Positions 29,840 to 39,867 of a stretch of DNA of 64,000 bases are shown in pieces. The position numbers and the translations under genes are program-made. Below the pieces are notes generated by a model. It worked only from the letters and a program-made list of their open reading frames with translations. It did not search any database and was not told the origin of the DNA. The number at the start of each line of letters is the position of its first letter. Position 1 is the first letter of the stretch. The stretch covers positions 1-64,000 of the IMG/VR virus record IMGVR_UViG_3300033153_013547; one strand, given 5' to 3'.

Positions 29840-30547
29840 CTAATCATTAGTATCAATATCAGTAATATTGTGTTCAACATTATTTATTGACCTCCTAGTC
29901 ATGTTATGCATAAGTCTATCTAAACCAATGGATACTTCAAATAATATACCATGTTTCCAATCATGTCTAATACTACAACTTGCTATTTCTATTCCATCAA
30001 TTTCCCAGTCTATAGTTTTACTACTATAATGAGGAATATTATCCAAAATTACTGAAGAACCACCAAATCTACTACATAGTTGATCAAGAGCAAGGTTGAG
30101 ATAATCTGTCATAGTACCATCAGCAGTAAATAATTGATATTCTTGCTGCCAAAACTCAAGCAAACGTAATTTACTTGCTTTCATGCCTCCATGTGTTTCT
30201 TGTCTAAATGATTTTCCTACTTGCCACACACAGAAAGGTAATACTTTTTTCAACTGAGCTTCCTGAGGAAACATATCATGCAGGACATCTATAGATCCAC
30301 TTGTAGTTTCTGGCCTTAGAGCAAAATCTTTGGTTTTGTGTGGAAACAATCCTGAAGCCATATGACCTGCCCACATGTCTTGAGGAGTAAGAATAGGAGT
30401 TTCTACTCGTAAATATCTGATAGCAGGATTTAGTGACCATGCCTTGATAATTTGTTGATGACAAATTTGAATAAGTGTTTCCCTTTCAACTATCTCATTT
30501 TCTGTCCAATACACTAATGCTTTGTTGTAAATACTTTTCAAGATCAT
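29840..30547 (-). CDS. glycyl-tRNA synthetase (homodimeric class II type) catalytic core only
   Basis: ETPILTP..W.GH, LRPETT, LPF...QVGKSFRQE (motif 2), RLLEFWQ.EYQ.F, HYS..T.D, EIAS..R.D, EVSIGLDRL (motif 3); only 235 aa. Confidence 0.88.
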   Translation of the reverse strand: MILKSIYNKALVYWTENEIVERETLIQICHQQIIKAWSLNPAIRYLRVETPILTPQDMWAGHMASGLFPHKTKDFALRPETTSGSIDVLHDMFPQEAQLKKVLPFCVWQVGKSFRQETHGGMKASKLRLLEFWQQEYQLFTADGTMTDYLNLALDQLCSRFGGSSVILDNIPHYSSKTIDWEIDGIEIASCSIRHDWKHGILFEVSIGLDRLMHNMTRRSINNVEHNITDIDTND

Positions 30548-30571
30548 CCTCCAGAAAGATTGCTAAATCAC

Positions 30572-30901
30572 TCAGTCCTTTCTTGCATTTATGAATTGAC
30601 AAAGTGTACGACCTTCTTCCATCCTTTTATGTGCCATATCCCTAATCATATCCAAAATGATTGGTTCAAGATCAGCAAGAGGTAGGTACTGGTCTTCGTA
30701 ACATTTGTTCAAACTCGTGAGATTTACCCAATAGGGATTTTGTTTATTATGACGTTCTAACTTTTGAAGAAGAATATCTATTTCTGTATCATTGCTCTCG
30801 TTGACATCATATCCAACGGAAATAACAAGCCTCATTGCTTCTGCCACACCAACGATACTCTCCCAAAAATATTCATCGCCATCCCAGTCAAAACTCACCA
30901 T
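30572..30901 (-). CDS. hypothetical protein, paralog of 30911..31285
   Basis: Shares the S..AE.M.L.V.V.Y...I..Q...YW...LPL..L pattern. Confidence 0.65.
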   Translation of the reverse strand: MVSFDWDGDEYFWESIVGVAEAMRLVISVGYDVNESNDTEIDILLQKLERHNKQNPYWVNLTSLNKCYEDQYLPLADLEPIILDMIRDMAHKRMEEGRTLCQFINARKD

Positions 30902-30910
30902 ATTTATGCC

Positions 30911-31285
30911 TCAATTTTCGTGCGAATTCAAAACTTGGCAGGCATGTCGCCCAAAGTCCTTTATAATGTTTACTATTTCTCTAGCTTCACTCAAGCAATA
31001 AGAAGTAAGGCTATCTAAGGGTAGGTGTCCTCCATAGAATTTGCCTCTTGTTGCAATATCTTTCCAATAACCTGAATAAGACAGGCATTGGAAAATAATT
31101 TGCACCAAGGTCTCAGGTCCATCATAATCTTGATAGGTAACAACAACAATCAGTGCCATCCTTTCAGCAGCAAAAATTGTAGACTGATATTCATTGTCAC
31201 CTGTTTTTTCCCACTCCAATTGATTAGACTTCTTCACCATAAAAGACTTTCCTTCTGTCTTTCTCTTCTTGAAACTCAAGAACAA
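30911..31285 (-). CDS. hypothetical protein, paralog of 30572..30901
   Basis: As above; start probably ~31240. Confidence 0.65.
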   Translation of the reverse strand: MFLSFKKRKTEGKSFMVKKSNQLEWEKTGDNEYQSTIFAAERMALIVVVTYQDYDGPETLVQIIFQCLSYSGYWKDIATRGKFYGGHLPLDSLTSYCLSEAREIVNIIKDFGRHACQVLNSHEN

Positions 31286-32372
31286 TATCTATAAGATCAT
31301 TGGTCTCAATTAGACCTATGACATGTTTAATTTTACATGCTCTTATCCATTCATAAGCAGATGATATTTGTTCCTTACGCAAACAAAACAAAGCACCAGA
31401 ATAGGGGTAATTCATTGCCTCAAAAGCAAATTCCTTATCTTCTTTTATCATTTCAATAGAATGATAAGTTTCTTCTATATCTGCTACTAAATCTGCTATT
31501 CTTTGTCTTACAAGATCAAAGGCTACTGCCAATCCAGGAAAAAACAAGGCAAGATCATCACTATTTCCCTTGATCACTAAATCTATGATATCTTTTAAGG
31601 ACAAATTGTTCTTAATCCTTGTACCTCTTATGTAGCTTAGTGTTTTGAATTTCAGCCTGTTGAAGTTTTTATCTACAGCAACAAATCCTTCTGCCTGAGT
31701 TCCCATGATATTTTCACAGGCTGTTATTACACCTTCAGTAGTTCTAATATTCTTGTGTAATTTGACACATTCCCAACCAAATGTATTGGCAGCAGTATCA
31801 GGTAATTGTTCTAAATAAGGGTAGCCATGAGACATTTTTCTCACCCCATGAAGAACTATACGTGATCCTTTGTGCCTTACAAGCACTATATTAGCTGGAG
31901 TCATCAATTCAAACATGTAAGTAAATCCAGGCACAGGTAGTTTGTAACCAAGAGTTTTCCATGTTTCCCAGAACAATTCTTCAAAAGTTATTTCCCAACC
32001 TAAAACTCTTCCTCGTGCATCAGCCATACCTAAAGTGCTAACATTCCATTGATCATTGTAATACCACAAGCAAACCATTGATCCATCTACTTTTTCATAG
32101 ATGGAAACATTATTCCAGTCTAGTGCAACAGCATTAGGTTCCCCATAATTGAAGAATTTTCTGTAAGGAAAACAAACAGGCAACCAATCATTGTCTGCAT
32201 CTAACACTATACCTCTGGCATCTTGAACTACAGGATTTTCCATTGGGGAGTGAAGCGTATGATATTTAAACAAATACAGATTAGGAAATATAGAGTGTAT
32301 ATTATGCATTATTCCTAACTCATCAAGTTTATCTAAACCATGATGTCTAATAAAATTGACTATTTCTATCAT
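31224..32372 (-). CDS. T4 Rnl1-like RNA ligase
   Basis: ARGIVLD, PYRKFFNYGE, EKVDGS, TYMFEL, EGFV, RLKFK. Confidence 0.92.
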   Translation of the reverse strand: MIEIVNFIRHHGLDKLDELGIMHNIHSIFPNLYLFKYHTLHSPMENPVVQDARGIVLDADNDWLPVCFPYRKFFNYGEPNAVALDWNNVSIYEKVDGSMVCLWYYNDQWNVSTLGMADARGRVLGWEITFEELFWETWKTLGYKLPVPGFTYMFELMTPANIVLVRHKGSRIVLHGVRKMSHGYPYLEQLPDTAANTFGWECVKLHKNIRTTEGVITACENIMGTQAEGFVAVDKNFNRLKFKTLSYIRGTRIKNNLSLKDIIDLVIKGNSDDLALFFPGLAVAFDLVRQRIADLVADIEETYHSIEMIKEDKEFAFEAMNYPYSGALFCLRKEQISSAYEWIRACKIKHVIGLIETNDLIDIVLEFQEEKDRRKVFYGEEV

Positions 32373-32905
32373 TTCTTTGTCTTTTTCTCATCATCATTCT
32401 TCTTCTTCTTAGTCCTTTTAGTCTTTTTAGTCTTTTTCTTAGACTTAGGTTTCTCTTCAGATTCTGGTTCGTTAGGCTTAGAAGGAATGATGCCCTTTTT
32501 CGTAAGTTTAGACTTGAAATTCAGCATATCTTCTTCTGCTTGTTTCATACTATATTCAGAATAATCCATTAGATTATTATCAGAATTAGCATTTCTAGAA
32601 ACACCAAATTTTCCTTTGGATCTATCTTGCAAACTTGATTTTTCAAGTGGAACACAAATTAGTGCTAGAAATCCTATGGACAGAGAAAACAAATGATCAC
32701 TAAGTTCTTCAATTACCATATAATAATCTGTCCCATCATGCTGGTCCAGTAATTGCTGTGCTAATTCTCCTGCTAGTTTAAGTCTAACAAGTATATCTTC
32801 TGCTACTTCCATTTTTTTGTGTTTATCAAGCTGCGTGATTTTTGCATACATATCTCGTATGTATTGTTCGACAATGTCTAATAGTCTGTTTTGATTTTCG
32901 TTCAT
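32369..32905 (-). CDS. hypothetical protein with a Lys-rich tail
   Basis: 178-aa ORF. Confidence 0.65.
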   Translation of the reverse strand: MNENQNRLLDIVEQYIRDMYAKITQLDKHKKMEVAEDILVRLKLAGELAQQLLDQHDGTDYYMVIEELSDHLFSLSIGFLALICVPLEKSSLQDRSKGKFGVSRNANSDNNLMDYSEYSMKQAEEDMLNFKSKLTKKGIIPSKPNEPESEEKPKSKKKTKKTKRTKKKKNDDEKKTKK

Positions 32906-32915
32906 AGTATCCCTC

Positions 32916-33626
32916 TCAAACTACTAATTCTAATATTTTAGACACAGCAAGACTGCCAATATCAAACTGAGCATTAAATATTTGTATTGCATCTATGTCT
33001 ATTGTGTCATTTGTTTTAGTTGTATTGTCAAGTGATACATAGAGATCTGTAACATGTATCTTAGCCAATCTGGCTATCAATAACTTTATGATATGTGGAG
33101 TAATTCTTTCACCTGTCAATTGGCTTACATAGTTAGATATTATCAATAGTTTTGTTTCCTCTAAAACTATTGGCAACACTGCATCAAACAATACCAATGC
33201 CATATCATGTATTTGTCCTGCTAACATCTTGAAGATTGATCTTATCTTCATATGATCAGGCAGCTGTTTCCATGTATGTGAGTCATATTCTATAACAGCT
33301 TTTAGTAGAAGTGTACGTAAAGGCACTCCATTATGTCCAAATATCACTTTGGCTGGCATCCATTCATCCCATTTATCACATGTAGAGATGATAACATTTG
33401 CATCAATCTTTCCACTTTTTGTGCCAAAATCCATTCCAAAAATGTTTGTGGGCACATTTAGATGCATCATATGTGCTTCTATATTATCTTTTGAAAACAA
33501 ATTCTTTTCACTCATCAGTGAAAGCAAATAATATATGTAACTTATTATTTGTTTTGCTGTGAGACTAACTATCATAGTTATGCCAAATGATACTAAGATC
33601 ATTGCTATCCAAATTGTCTCTGTCAT
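32916..33626 (-). CDS. hypothetical membrane-anchored protein
   Basis: N-terminal TM segment. Confidence 0.65.
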   Translation of the reverse strand: MTETIWIAMILVSFGITMIVSLTAKQIISYIYYLLSLMSEKNLFSKDNIEAHMMHLNVPTNIFGMDFGTKSGKIDANVIISTCDKWDEWMPAKVIFGHNGVPLRTLLLKAVIEYDSHTWKQLPDHMKIRSIFKMLAGQIHDMALVLFDAVLPIVLEETKLLIISNYVSQLTGERITPHIIKLLIARLAKIHVTDLYVSLDNTTKTNDTIDIDAIQIFNAQFDIGSLAVSKILELVV

Positions 33627-33725
33627 TTTACATCCTTGTTTTTAGGTTTGGCAACCAAAATATCAGACAATATGTCTTTTTCTATAGTAGCAGTTATAGA
33701 TTGTGTAACTACAGAATTGTCTAAC

Positions 33726-34295
33726 TCATTGATCAATATTTCTTTCATTATGTTTTTTACTAACTTTTGTAGCCAAAATCTTGAATGGTGGTTTTACAGA
33801 ACCAGAAAAATGAGTAGCAGCTTTTAGTGCTGTTTTGATTCGAGTTTTAGGTGACTGAGAGAATGTACTATAAAGTGATCCAAGAGCAAAATTCTCCCCA
33901 GAACCACAAGCTGCATAATCTTCACGAAAATGGGCATATTGATAATCATTATCTATACTATAAAGATGATGTGTCCAGGCAATCAAGAATGTTCCACATT
34001 CTTTTATACCATAGCTAGTTTTCCCAAAGTTATACTCTACAAATAGATCTCTAATTTGCTTGATCAATTGAAAAATATGTTCATCAGGAGAACTTTCTTC
34101 CGGTGGTTTTAGCTTGTTGTGCCGGAGGATTTGGATCATACGATAACTACTTGTGCAACCGATCACATAGATTCCATTACGGAATACTTTGGGATCAGTC
34201 CGTGCAATAACCTGATTTCGATTATCATCACAGGCAGCACTATCAGCACCAATATACACTTGGTTTCTATCACGTAATCCCACAATACATGTCAT
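33726..34295 (-). CDS. HslV/proteasome-beta-like Ntn threonine peptidase
   Basis: (M)TCIVG...IGADS, PKVF, ACGSG..FALGSL...A. Confidence 0.82.
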   Translation of the reverse strand: MTCIVGLRDRNQVYIGADSAACDDNRNQVIARTDPKVFRNGIYVIGCTSSYRMIQILRHNKLKPPEESSPDEHIFQLIKQIRDLFVEYNFGKTSYGIKECGTFLIAWTHHLYSIDNDYQYAHFREDYAACGSGENFALGSLYSTFSQSPKTRIKTALKAATHFSGSVKPPFKILATKVSKKHNERNIDQ

Positions 34296-34747
34296 AATAA
34301 ATCTCCATCATATCCGGTATTTGTTTCATCCAAAAAGTTTATGTCTTGCCAGAAATTGGTTATGCTGAAGGCATCATAAATACTGCCTATGACTTTGAAC
34401 CCATAGAAGTCTGCCAATGAATAAATGGGATATCTATCATAATGGTTAGTTCTTACTCCCCATTGTCCTCGTCTCTCACTCCAAAACACTTCGTTAGGAC
34501 ATGAAAAAATATTTGTAATATCACCTTCATAAATTTTTTGTCCATTAATATCCAAGAATCCAGTAAATTGTCTAATAGTTATAGGAACGATAGGTAGCCA
34601 CCGATAATATGGCTGATTGGTAGCATCATGGATAAAAGTATCTAGTGCGAATATGAAGTGTCCAAGACTCGTAATTGCTAAACTACCCTCAACTAAGTAA
34701 CCATTATCTTTACGATTACCACGGAAGATGACTTCCCTATTGATCAT
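34292..34747 (-). CDS. YopX-family protein
   Basis: REVIFRG, QFTGFLDINGQKIYEGDI, VIGSIYD. Confidence 0.85.
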   Translation of the reverse strand: MINREVIFRGNRKDNGYLVEGSLAITSLGHFIFALDTFIHDATNQPYYRWLPIVPITIRQFTGFLDINGQKIYEGDITNIFSCPNEVFWSERRGQWGVRTNHYDRYPIYSLADFYGFKVIGSIYDAFSITNFWQDINFLDETNTGYDGDLL

Positions 34748-34766
34748 TACAAATGTTTCTCCTTAC

Positions 34767-35411
34767 CTAATTTCCTACATCCAAATTTATACGTGTGAAA
34801 TCACAAACCTGTGAGGACACATTATACACCTTTGTGTTCTCATATGCCCTGTTTTGTCCTTTTTGTTCATGAACATGACCACATATGATCAGTTTATAGT
34901 CTTGAACATTCACCCCAGGAATGCCTATGGCAGTTTGCCAATTAACATAATCTACAGTATGTTTAGGTGGGCTATGAGAGAGCAAAATATCAGTAGGCAA
35001 TAATTTATTTGTCATAGACTTTATAGCAGCATCAGTATCCATAAATGCCCATTGATCAATCATAGCAGGAATATCTTCTGCTGATGACCACCAAAATCCC
35101 TGAATGCTTAAATTTCCAATATGAACTACTTCTAAATGTCCAAGCAAATATTTATTTACATATTCATATTTACTTGTAATTTCTTTATGCTTGAAAACAA
35201 GATCATGATTGCCAGGTATGAACAAAAGATGATCAACTTTCTTGGCAACATGCTTAAGAAAATCATTGAACAATGCTAAATCATTTTCTGTATGTAATTC
35301 ATAGTCACCTGCTAACAAAAGCAAATTACAGGCTGGTACAATAATAGGCAAGGGAAGCACCCCATGCCAATCTGATGAAGCAGCAATTGATATAGTCATA
35401 GATCTGTCCAT
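34767..35411 (-). CDS. calcineurin-like metallophosphoesterase
   Basis: SDWHG, LAGD, PGNHD, SHSPP, CGHVHE. Confidence 0.9.
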   Translation of the reverse strand: MDRSMTISIAASSDWHGVLPLPIIVPACNLLLLAGDYELHTENDLALFNDFLKHVAKKVDHLLFIPGNHDLVFKHKEITSKYEYVNKYLLGHLEVVHIGNLSIQGFWWSSAEDIPAMIDQWAFMDTDAAIKSMTNKLLPTDILLSHSPPKHTVDYVNWQTAIGIPGVNVQDYKLIICGHVHEQKGQNRAYENTKVYNVSSQVCDFTRINLDVGN

Positions 35412-35722
35412 GTTATTACATACTTATTACGTTCTGCATAATCTTTTACTTTCTGTTCAGCAATGAGTTTGGCTCTGTATATGCATGGTTGTGTACCACT
35501 GCCTTGGTACATGTCTTGATATGTACCAGAACCAATAAACACAGACCAGCATACTGAATTCATGTAGGTAGAAGCGTGAATATAACAAGTTCCATTTTCT
35601 TCTCCAACTGCTATAAATGGTGCTGAACATGAGAGTAGGAAGATTGCACGCATTGATTTACCATCTTCAACCCATTTACCTTCAAGTTTATTGCTTGCTA
35701 GCAAAGTTGGCATATCAATCAA
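35396..35722 (-). CDS. 'C-x-Y/H-K-A-K-L' paralog family member
   Basis: NKLEGKW ... CWSVFIG ... GTQPCIYRAKLIAE. Confidence 0.7.
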   Translation of the reverse strand: MIDMPTLLASNKLEGKWVEDGKSMRAIFLLSCSAPFIAVGEENGTCYIHASTYMNSVCWSVFIGSGTYQDMYQGSGTQPCIYRAKLIAEQKVKDYAERNKYVITWTDL

Positions 35723-36024
35723 AGTCCTTTACTACCTATTGCTATAGTACACTGATGAGACTTCGTATAATTTTTCAAATGCTCTTCTACAACTAATTTA
35801 GCTTTATGTACACACGGTTGTGTACCATTTCTTGAATATGCAGATGGACCTATAAATATAAGCCAACATATCTGATCTGAGTAGAGAGATGGAAAAACAT
35901 GACCATATCCTTTACGTCCATTAGATAATTCGAAATACCAAAATATAGAGCCTGATTCATTAGTGGTTTCCCTCCATTCGCCCATGAGCTCGTTATTTAT
36001 CAATTTGTTTGTTGTATTAGTCAT
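35719..36024 (-). CDS. 'C-x-Y/H-K-A-K-L' paralog family member
   Basis: NELMGEW ... CWLIFIG ... GTQPCVHKAKLVVE. Confidence 0.7.
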   Translation of the reverse strand: MTNTTNKLINNELMGEWRETTNESGSIFWYFELSNGRKGYGHVFPSLYSDQICWLIFIGPSAYSRNGTQPCVHKAKLVVEEHLKNYTKSHQCTIAIGSKGL

Positions 36025-36346
36025 AGCTTTTTACTGCCCTAAATGCTTTGATCCATACTTCAGCAGCCAACTTTGCTTTATGAAGACATAACTCAGAATC
36101 ATTATGTACAAATGCCCATCTATGATAATGTAAGCCAGGTGGTGACTTGCCAAAAAGGTCATAATAATATTCTCGTGATATGTATACTCTCCATACATAT
36201 GATGATAAAATAACCATAGGTCGAATTACAATCTTTCCTTTTATATTAGGAACCCAAGTAAAACTCATAACACTATCAAAAAAGGAACCCTCGGTCCACT
36301 TACCCATAAATTTGTTATTTGTTAGTTTGCTTGCCATATCAATCAT
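36017..36346 (-). CDS. 'C-x-Y/H-K-A-K-L' paralog family member
   Basis: NKFMGKW ... WRVYI ... ELCLHKAKLAAE. Confidence 0.7.
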   Translation of the reverse strand: MIDMASKLTNNKFMGKWTEGSFFDSVMSFTWVPNIKGKIVIRPMVILSSYVWRVYISREYYYDLFGKSPPGLHYHRWAFVHNDSELCLHKAKLAAEVWIKAFRAVKSYD

Positions 36347-36773
36347 TCCTCATTTTCTCACCTATTCTTTTGCCTATCTCAAGAGCTTCATCTGCCGTGG
36401 GAAATACTCTGCCGAAAATTGGATGGATAGCACCAAATAACTTCTGCATCTTTATTCTTGTATCATTATCATAATACCCAGCATAATAACCAATATTTAA
36501 CAATTCATTTTTCGTGGCTTCTTCTACGGAAATTGAATGTATTGTCACAGCATAATTGACCAAGAGATCAAAATACTTTTTTGCTTGTTCTTCTGTCTCA
36601 ACAAAAGAACAAGCAGGATCATATACCTGTCCTATAGTCAAAGTGGCTTTTTGTTCTGTTGCAAGTTCAACAAGTTGGCAAGCTTCACTAAAGTTTTTTG
36701 CTTTTTCAGATAATGTCATAGCAACTTCCTTATCATCCAAGTAAAAAATAGGTAAGCCTCTAGTCAGAATCAA
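36339..36773 (-). CDS. hypothetical phage protein (start probably ~36719)
   Basis: NIGYYAGYY...HPIFG. Confidence 0.65.
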   Translation of the reverse strand: MILTRGLPIFYLDDKEVAMTLSEKAKNFSEACQLVELATEQKATLTIGQVYDPACSFVETEEQAKKYFDLLVNYAVTIHSISVEEATKNELLNIGYYAGYYDNDTRIKMQKLFGAIHPIFGRVFPTADEALEIGKRIGEKMRND

Positions 36774-37016
36774 ACTGACGACGGTAGTTTACAAGACTAC
36801 TGCTTTATCAACTAAGCTATAGAGGCATAAAAGCAAAGTTATTATATTCCTATTGGCAAAAAGACATGATCAACTTCTATTTCGGACACCTCATGTCCGA
36901 ATTATTCAATTCATCTTTTATAGTCCAAGTTGCTTTCTTAGCAAGTTCTGCAGTTCTCTTATACCTTAGCAGCCAGCATGGCTTTATATTTACAAGACAT
37001 AAGATCATGTACAAGA

Positions 37017-37253
37017 CTATATTTCTTTATTCTCATTTGGCTTCACACCATATTTAGCCAGACACTCCTCTGCTGCTAATTTTGCTCTGTATAAACAGGG
37101 TTCTTCACCAGACCCCTTCTTTTTGCCATCAAAATATATGTTCCAATATGCTGGACTTATTTGGCTAGAACAAGTTTTTTCATTGTAACTATCCCAACAA
37201 GCATAGAAGTTTATGAATATGTATCCACATAATGATAATTCCACTAACAACAA
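37017..37253 (-). CDS. 'C-x-Y/H-K-A-K-L' paralog, possibly frameshifted at its 5' end
   Basis: YWNIYFDG...GEEPCLYRAKLAAE; a family-like N-terminus (MLRNKPHLTEGIW) lies in another frame. Confidence 0.55.
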   Translation of the reverse strand: MLLVELSLCGYIFINFYACWDSYNEKTCSSQISPAYWNIYFDGKKKGSGEEPCLYRAKLAAEECLAKYGVKPNENKEI

Positions 37254-37467
37254 GCCATATTCCTTCTGTCAAGTGTGGCTTATTTCTCAACATTTTTGGT
37301 TCATTTAGATCTAAAATATAATTGATCAAAAATGACGAGCCACATATTACAATGAAAAGACCAAAGACAATAGGCACCCATACTAAAACAAGGGAGCAAA
37401 TATACCATACAATTTGTAAATTGATTACCATGTAAATACTTCCAGATATGTTTATTTAGTTTTTAGC

Positions 37468-37749
37468 TCAAGAAATATTCTTAGACTTTTTTCTCAAGAT
37501 ACAAACCATTTCTTCATCAATTTTATCCTGATACTTCAAAATGGTTTTAGCACCATGGGAAGAAATACAGAACTTGTCATTCCCCATGTCTGTCAATATG
37601 TTTTTATAGCATAACTTTCTCAAAGGAGATGAATCTGCCATTGTCATTCCAGAAGCATCAAGAATAATTTCATTGTTCTTGATCAATGCTGTCCTTCTAT
37701 CATTCAGTAGTAAGATCATAAGTTTAGTTTGTGATTTAGTAAGAGTCAT
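37468..37749 (-). CDS. hypothetical protein (possible winged helix)
   Basis: 93 aa; LRKL..KNIL...FCIS..G. Confidence 0.55.
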   Translation of the reverse strand: MTLTKSQTKLMILLLNDRRTALIKNNEIILDASGMTMADSSPLRKLCYKNILTDMGNDKFCISSHGAKTILKYQDKIDEEMVCILRKKSKNIS

Positions 37750-37758
37750 TTATACCCT

Positions 37759-38307
37759 CTACGATAATTGTCCTGATTTTATGAAAGCAGAAATGGCTTT
37801 CATACTAACTTCTGTCTTTACAACAGGATCAAGAGTGTGCAAAAGCCTGCCAAGAGAATTTCTAACACTATTAGTTTGATCTTTTGAAATACTAAGAGCA
37901 TTGATTGCAGTAATTCTACCAGCAGCATCTAGCATTCTACAATATACTGTTGGTAAAGCATAAGGAGTATTTTCATGTTTTCCAGCATACATTGTATTAG
38001 TTCTGTTGTCATAGATAAAATCTACAAAGTAATCTTCTACTTTTTTAGTGTCCCTATTCCACAAAACTATAATTGCTACCATGGTGCTAAGGCTTACTGG
38101 TAACCCAGAAATATTCCAGTTACCATCAGAACGAAATATATTGACAAATGCCCTGGCTTCTTTTATGACAAGAGGACCATTAGCCATTTTGCTCATTCTT
38201 TTTCTGGCATTTCTAATAGAGGTACCATCAACAATGGTAGTTAGCTTACTAATCCTGGTTGGATCAGTAAGTTTGGAGATGGAAAACTTTATATTGCTAA
38301 AATCCAT
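37759..38307 (-). CDS. hypothetical protein
   Basis: 182 aa, GGAGG RBS. Confidence 0.65.
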   Translation of the reverse strand: MDFSNIKFSISKLTDPTRISKLTTIVDGTSIRNARKRMSKMANGPLVIKEARAFVNIFRSDGNWNISGLPVSLSTMVAIIVLWNRDTKKVEDYFVDFIYDNRTNTMYAGKHENTPYALPTVYCRMLDAAGRITAINALSISKDQTNSVRNSLGRLLHTLDPVVKTEVSMKAISAFIKSGQLS

Positions 38308-38316
38308 GGAAGCCTC

Positions 38317-38676
38317 CTAATAAAAACCAAAATCAGCATCTAGCTTTTCATCTATAAATTGTGCATAATTTCTAAGAAGAGAAACATATCTTATATCAGA
38401 CAAGAATCCTGCCATCATATATTTTATATTATCTATGTTAGTTTCAGACAAGACAGATGTGCGTAATAACATTGTGGCAATTCTCAAGTCTTCCAGTTCT
38501 CGTATTATGTTTACCCAGAAATCTACTTTTTCTTGATCTGAAGGGAGTGTTTCTGCAGCAGCACAAAGGTCTCTTGTCATAGAAATCATTTCTTCTGAGG
38601 GTCGTTCAGCTTCTTTAATACTAGTCATCATTTCAATGAATGTCATAACTAAAGCATCACTTGGCAACTGAACCAT
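38317..38676 (-). CDS. hypothetical helical protein
   Basis: 119 aa, AGGAG RBS. Confidence 0.65.
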   Translation of the reverse strand: MVQLPSDALVMTFIEMMTSIKEAERPSEEMISMTRDLCAAAETLPSDQEKVDFWVNIIRELEDLRIATMLLRTSVLSETNIDNIKYMMAGFLSDIRYVSLLRNYAQFIDEKLDADFGFY

Positions 38677-38687
38677 TTATTTACTCC

Positions 38688-39191
38688 TTAGGCATCAAAC
38701 TTTTTCTTTTTCCATACATTTTTTACGTGACGATCATACATAATAGTTGATCCTGCTATTGCTACATTCATACAATATTGGGTATTTATTCTTAACACAT
38801 AATGACACCGATCTAAAACAGAAGGTGGTAATGTCTGATCTTCACCACCTAATATGTATATTGCTCGTTGAGGATGTTGAAATGTTTCAAGGGGCAAAGC
38901 TTGGTCAACTATTTCTACAGCAATAAAGGGACAATTGTATGGACAAAGACTCCAGAATGAATCATCACTTGGTTGCAACAAAGGAATATGTCTGTACATT
39001 TTGCAAGTATCAGTAGGTTGTTGCGTATAACGCCCACCGATCAATGCTATAAATGCGGCATCAAAGTTATATGCAGCTCGCATTAGCATTCCAACATTAG
39101 TAGTAATTTTGCCATGCCAAATAGCAATACCAAGCCAGCCTCTATCATTATAAACATTTCTATTTAACTTACGCACTTTACGACTAGACAT
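38688..39191 (-). CDS. SpoU/TrmH-family SPOUT RNA methyltransferase
   Basis: NVGMLMRAA..F, YILGGED..L, CMNVAIAG...MYD. Confidence 0.9.
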   Translation of the reverse strand: MSSRKVRKLNRNVYNDRGWLGIAIWHGKITTNVGMLMRAAYNFDAAFIALIGGRYTQQPTDTCKMYRHIPLLQPSDDSFWSLCPYNCPFIAVEIVDQALPLETFQHPQRAIYILGGEDQTLPPSVLDRCHYVLRINTQYCMNVAIAGSTIMYDRHVKNVWKKKKFDA

Positions 39192-39203
39192 GATATCCCT
39201 TTA

Positions 39204-39800
39204 CTATCTGTTTTTCTCACACAAGGATTCACGATATTTTGCTTCTCTATCAAGCCAAAAATAAGCAGGAACATTTAGTGCTTGTTCTAATGCCACAGCA
39301 ATATGTGTAGTGATTTCTAGTTTTCCATCAAGAAGACTGGTAATACGTTCCATAGACATGTTGGTAAGTTTAGATAGTCTAGTAATAGACATACCCTTTT
39401 CCCTAAGTGTATCTCTAATTGTTTCTCCAGGTGAGGAGACATAGTCTGGTTTATATTCACCTACTTTTTTGCCTGTTTTGTCATCTTCTATAGGCCAAAA
39501 AGCTTCAAGCAGATCAAGTGTTTGCTGTGGATTGTTTATGTCTAAATCCTGACTTTTACTCACATCAGGATTAGATACATCATCCATCATCCAAAGATAG
39601 GAATAACCATCTGGCTTGAGAGCAACATGTGCTTTTACTTCTTTATTATCATCTTCCCAATAGATATCAAGGTAAAAGTCACCAGCCACTAACCTTGGAT
39701 GTGGATGTGGGCATAAAGTATCCCAACGAAAACTAAATATCTGGCATAGCCAATTACACAAATTGTCTGGCATAATATCCTCCCGTATATTCTTGATCAT
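39204..39800 (-). CDS. fusion of an unknown N-terminal domain to a HigA-like HTH
   Basis: SPGETIRDTL...GMS...IT..IA..LE..L.VPA.FWL.REA.Y. Confidence 0.8.
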   Translation of the reverse strand: MIKNIREDIMPDNLCNWLCQIFSFRWDTLCPHPHPRLVAGDFYLDIYWEDDNKEVKAHVALKPDGYSYLWMMDDVSNPDVSKSQDLDINNPQQTLDLLEAFWPIEDDKTGKKVGEYKPDYVSSPGETIRDTLREKGMSITRLSKLTNMSMERITSLLDGKLEITTHIAVALEQALNVPAYFWLDREAKYRESLCEKNR

Positions 39801-39867
39801 TTTGCTATCAGCATAAAAAACAGGTCATAGCGAATAGGCAAGAGAAAGACATAATACTCTGGCTATT

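Noticed and set aside
36881-36901. Perfect hairpin TTCGGACA-CCTCA-TGTCCGAA
   Set aside because: Isolated; could be a terminator or operator, but there is no clear U-tract or second copy.
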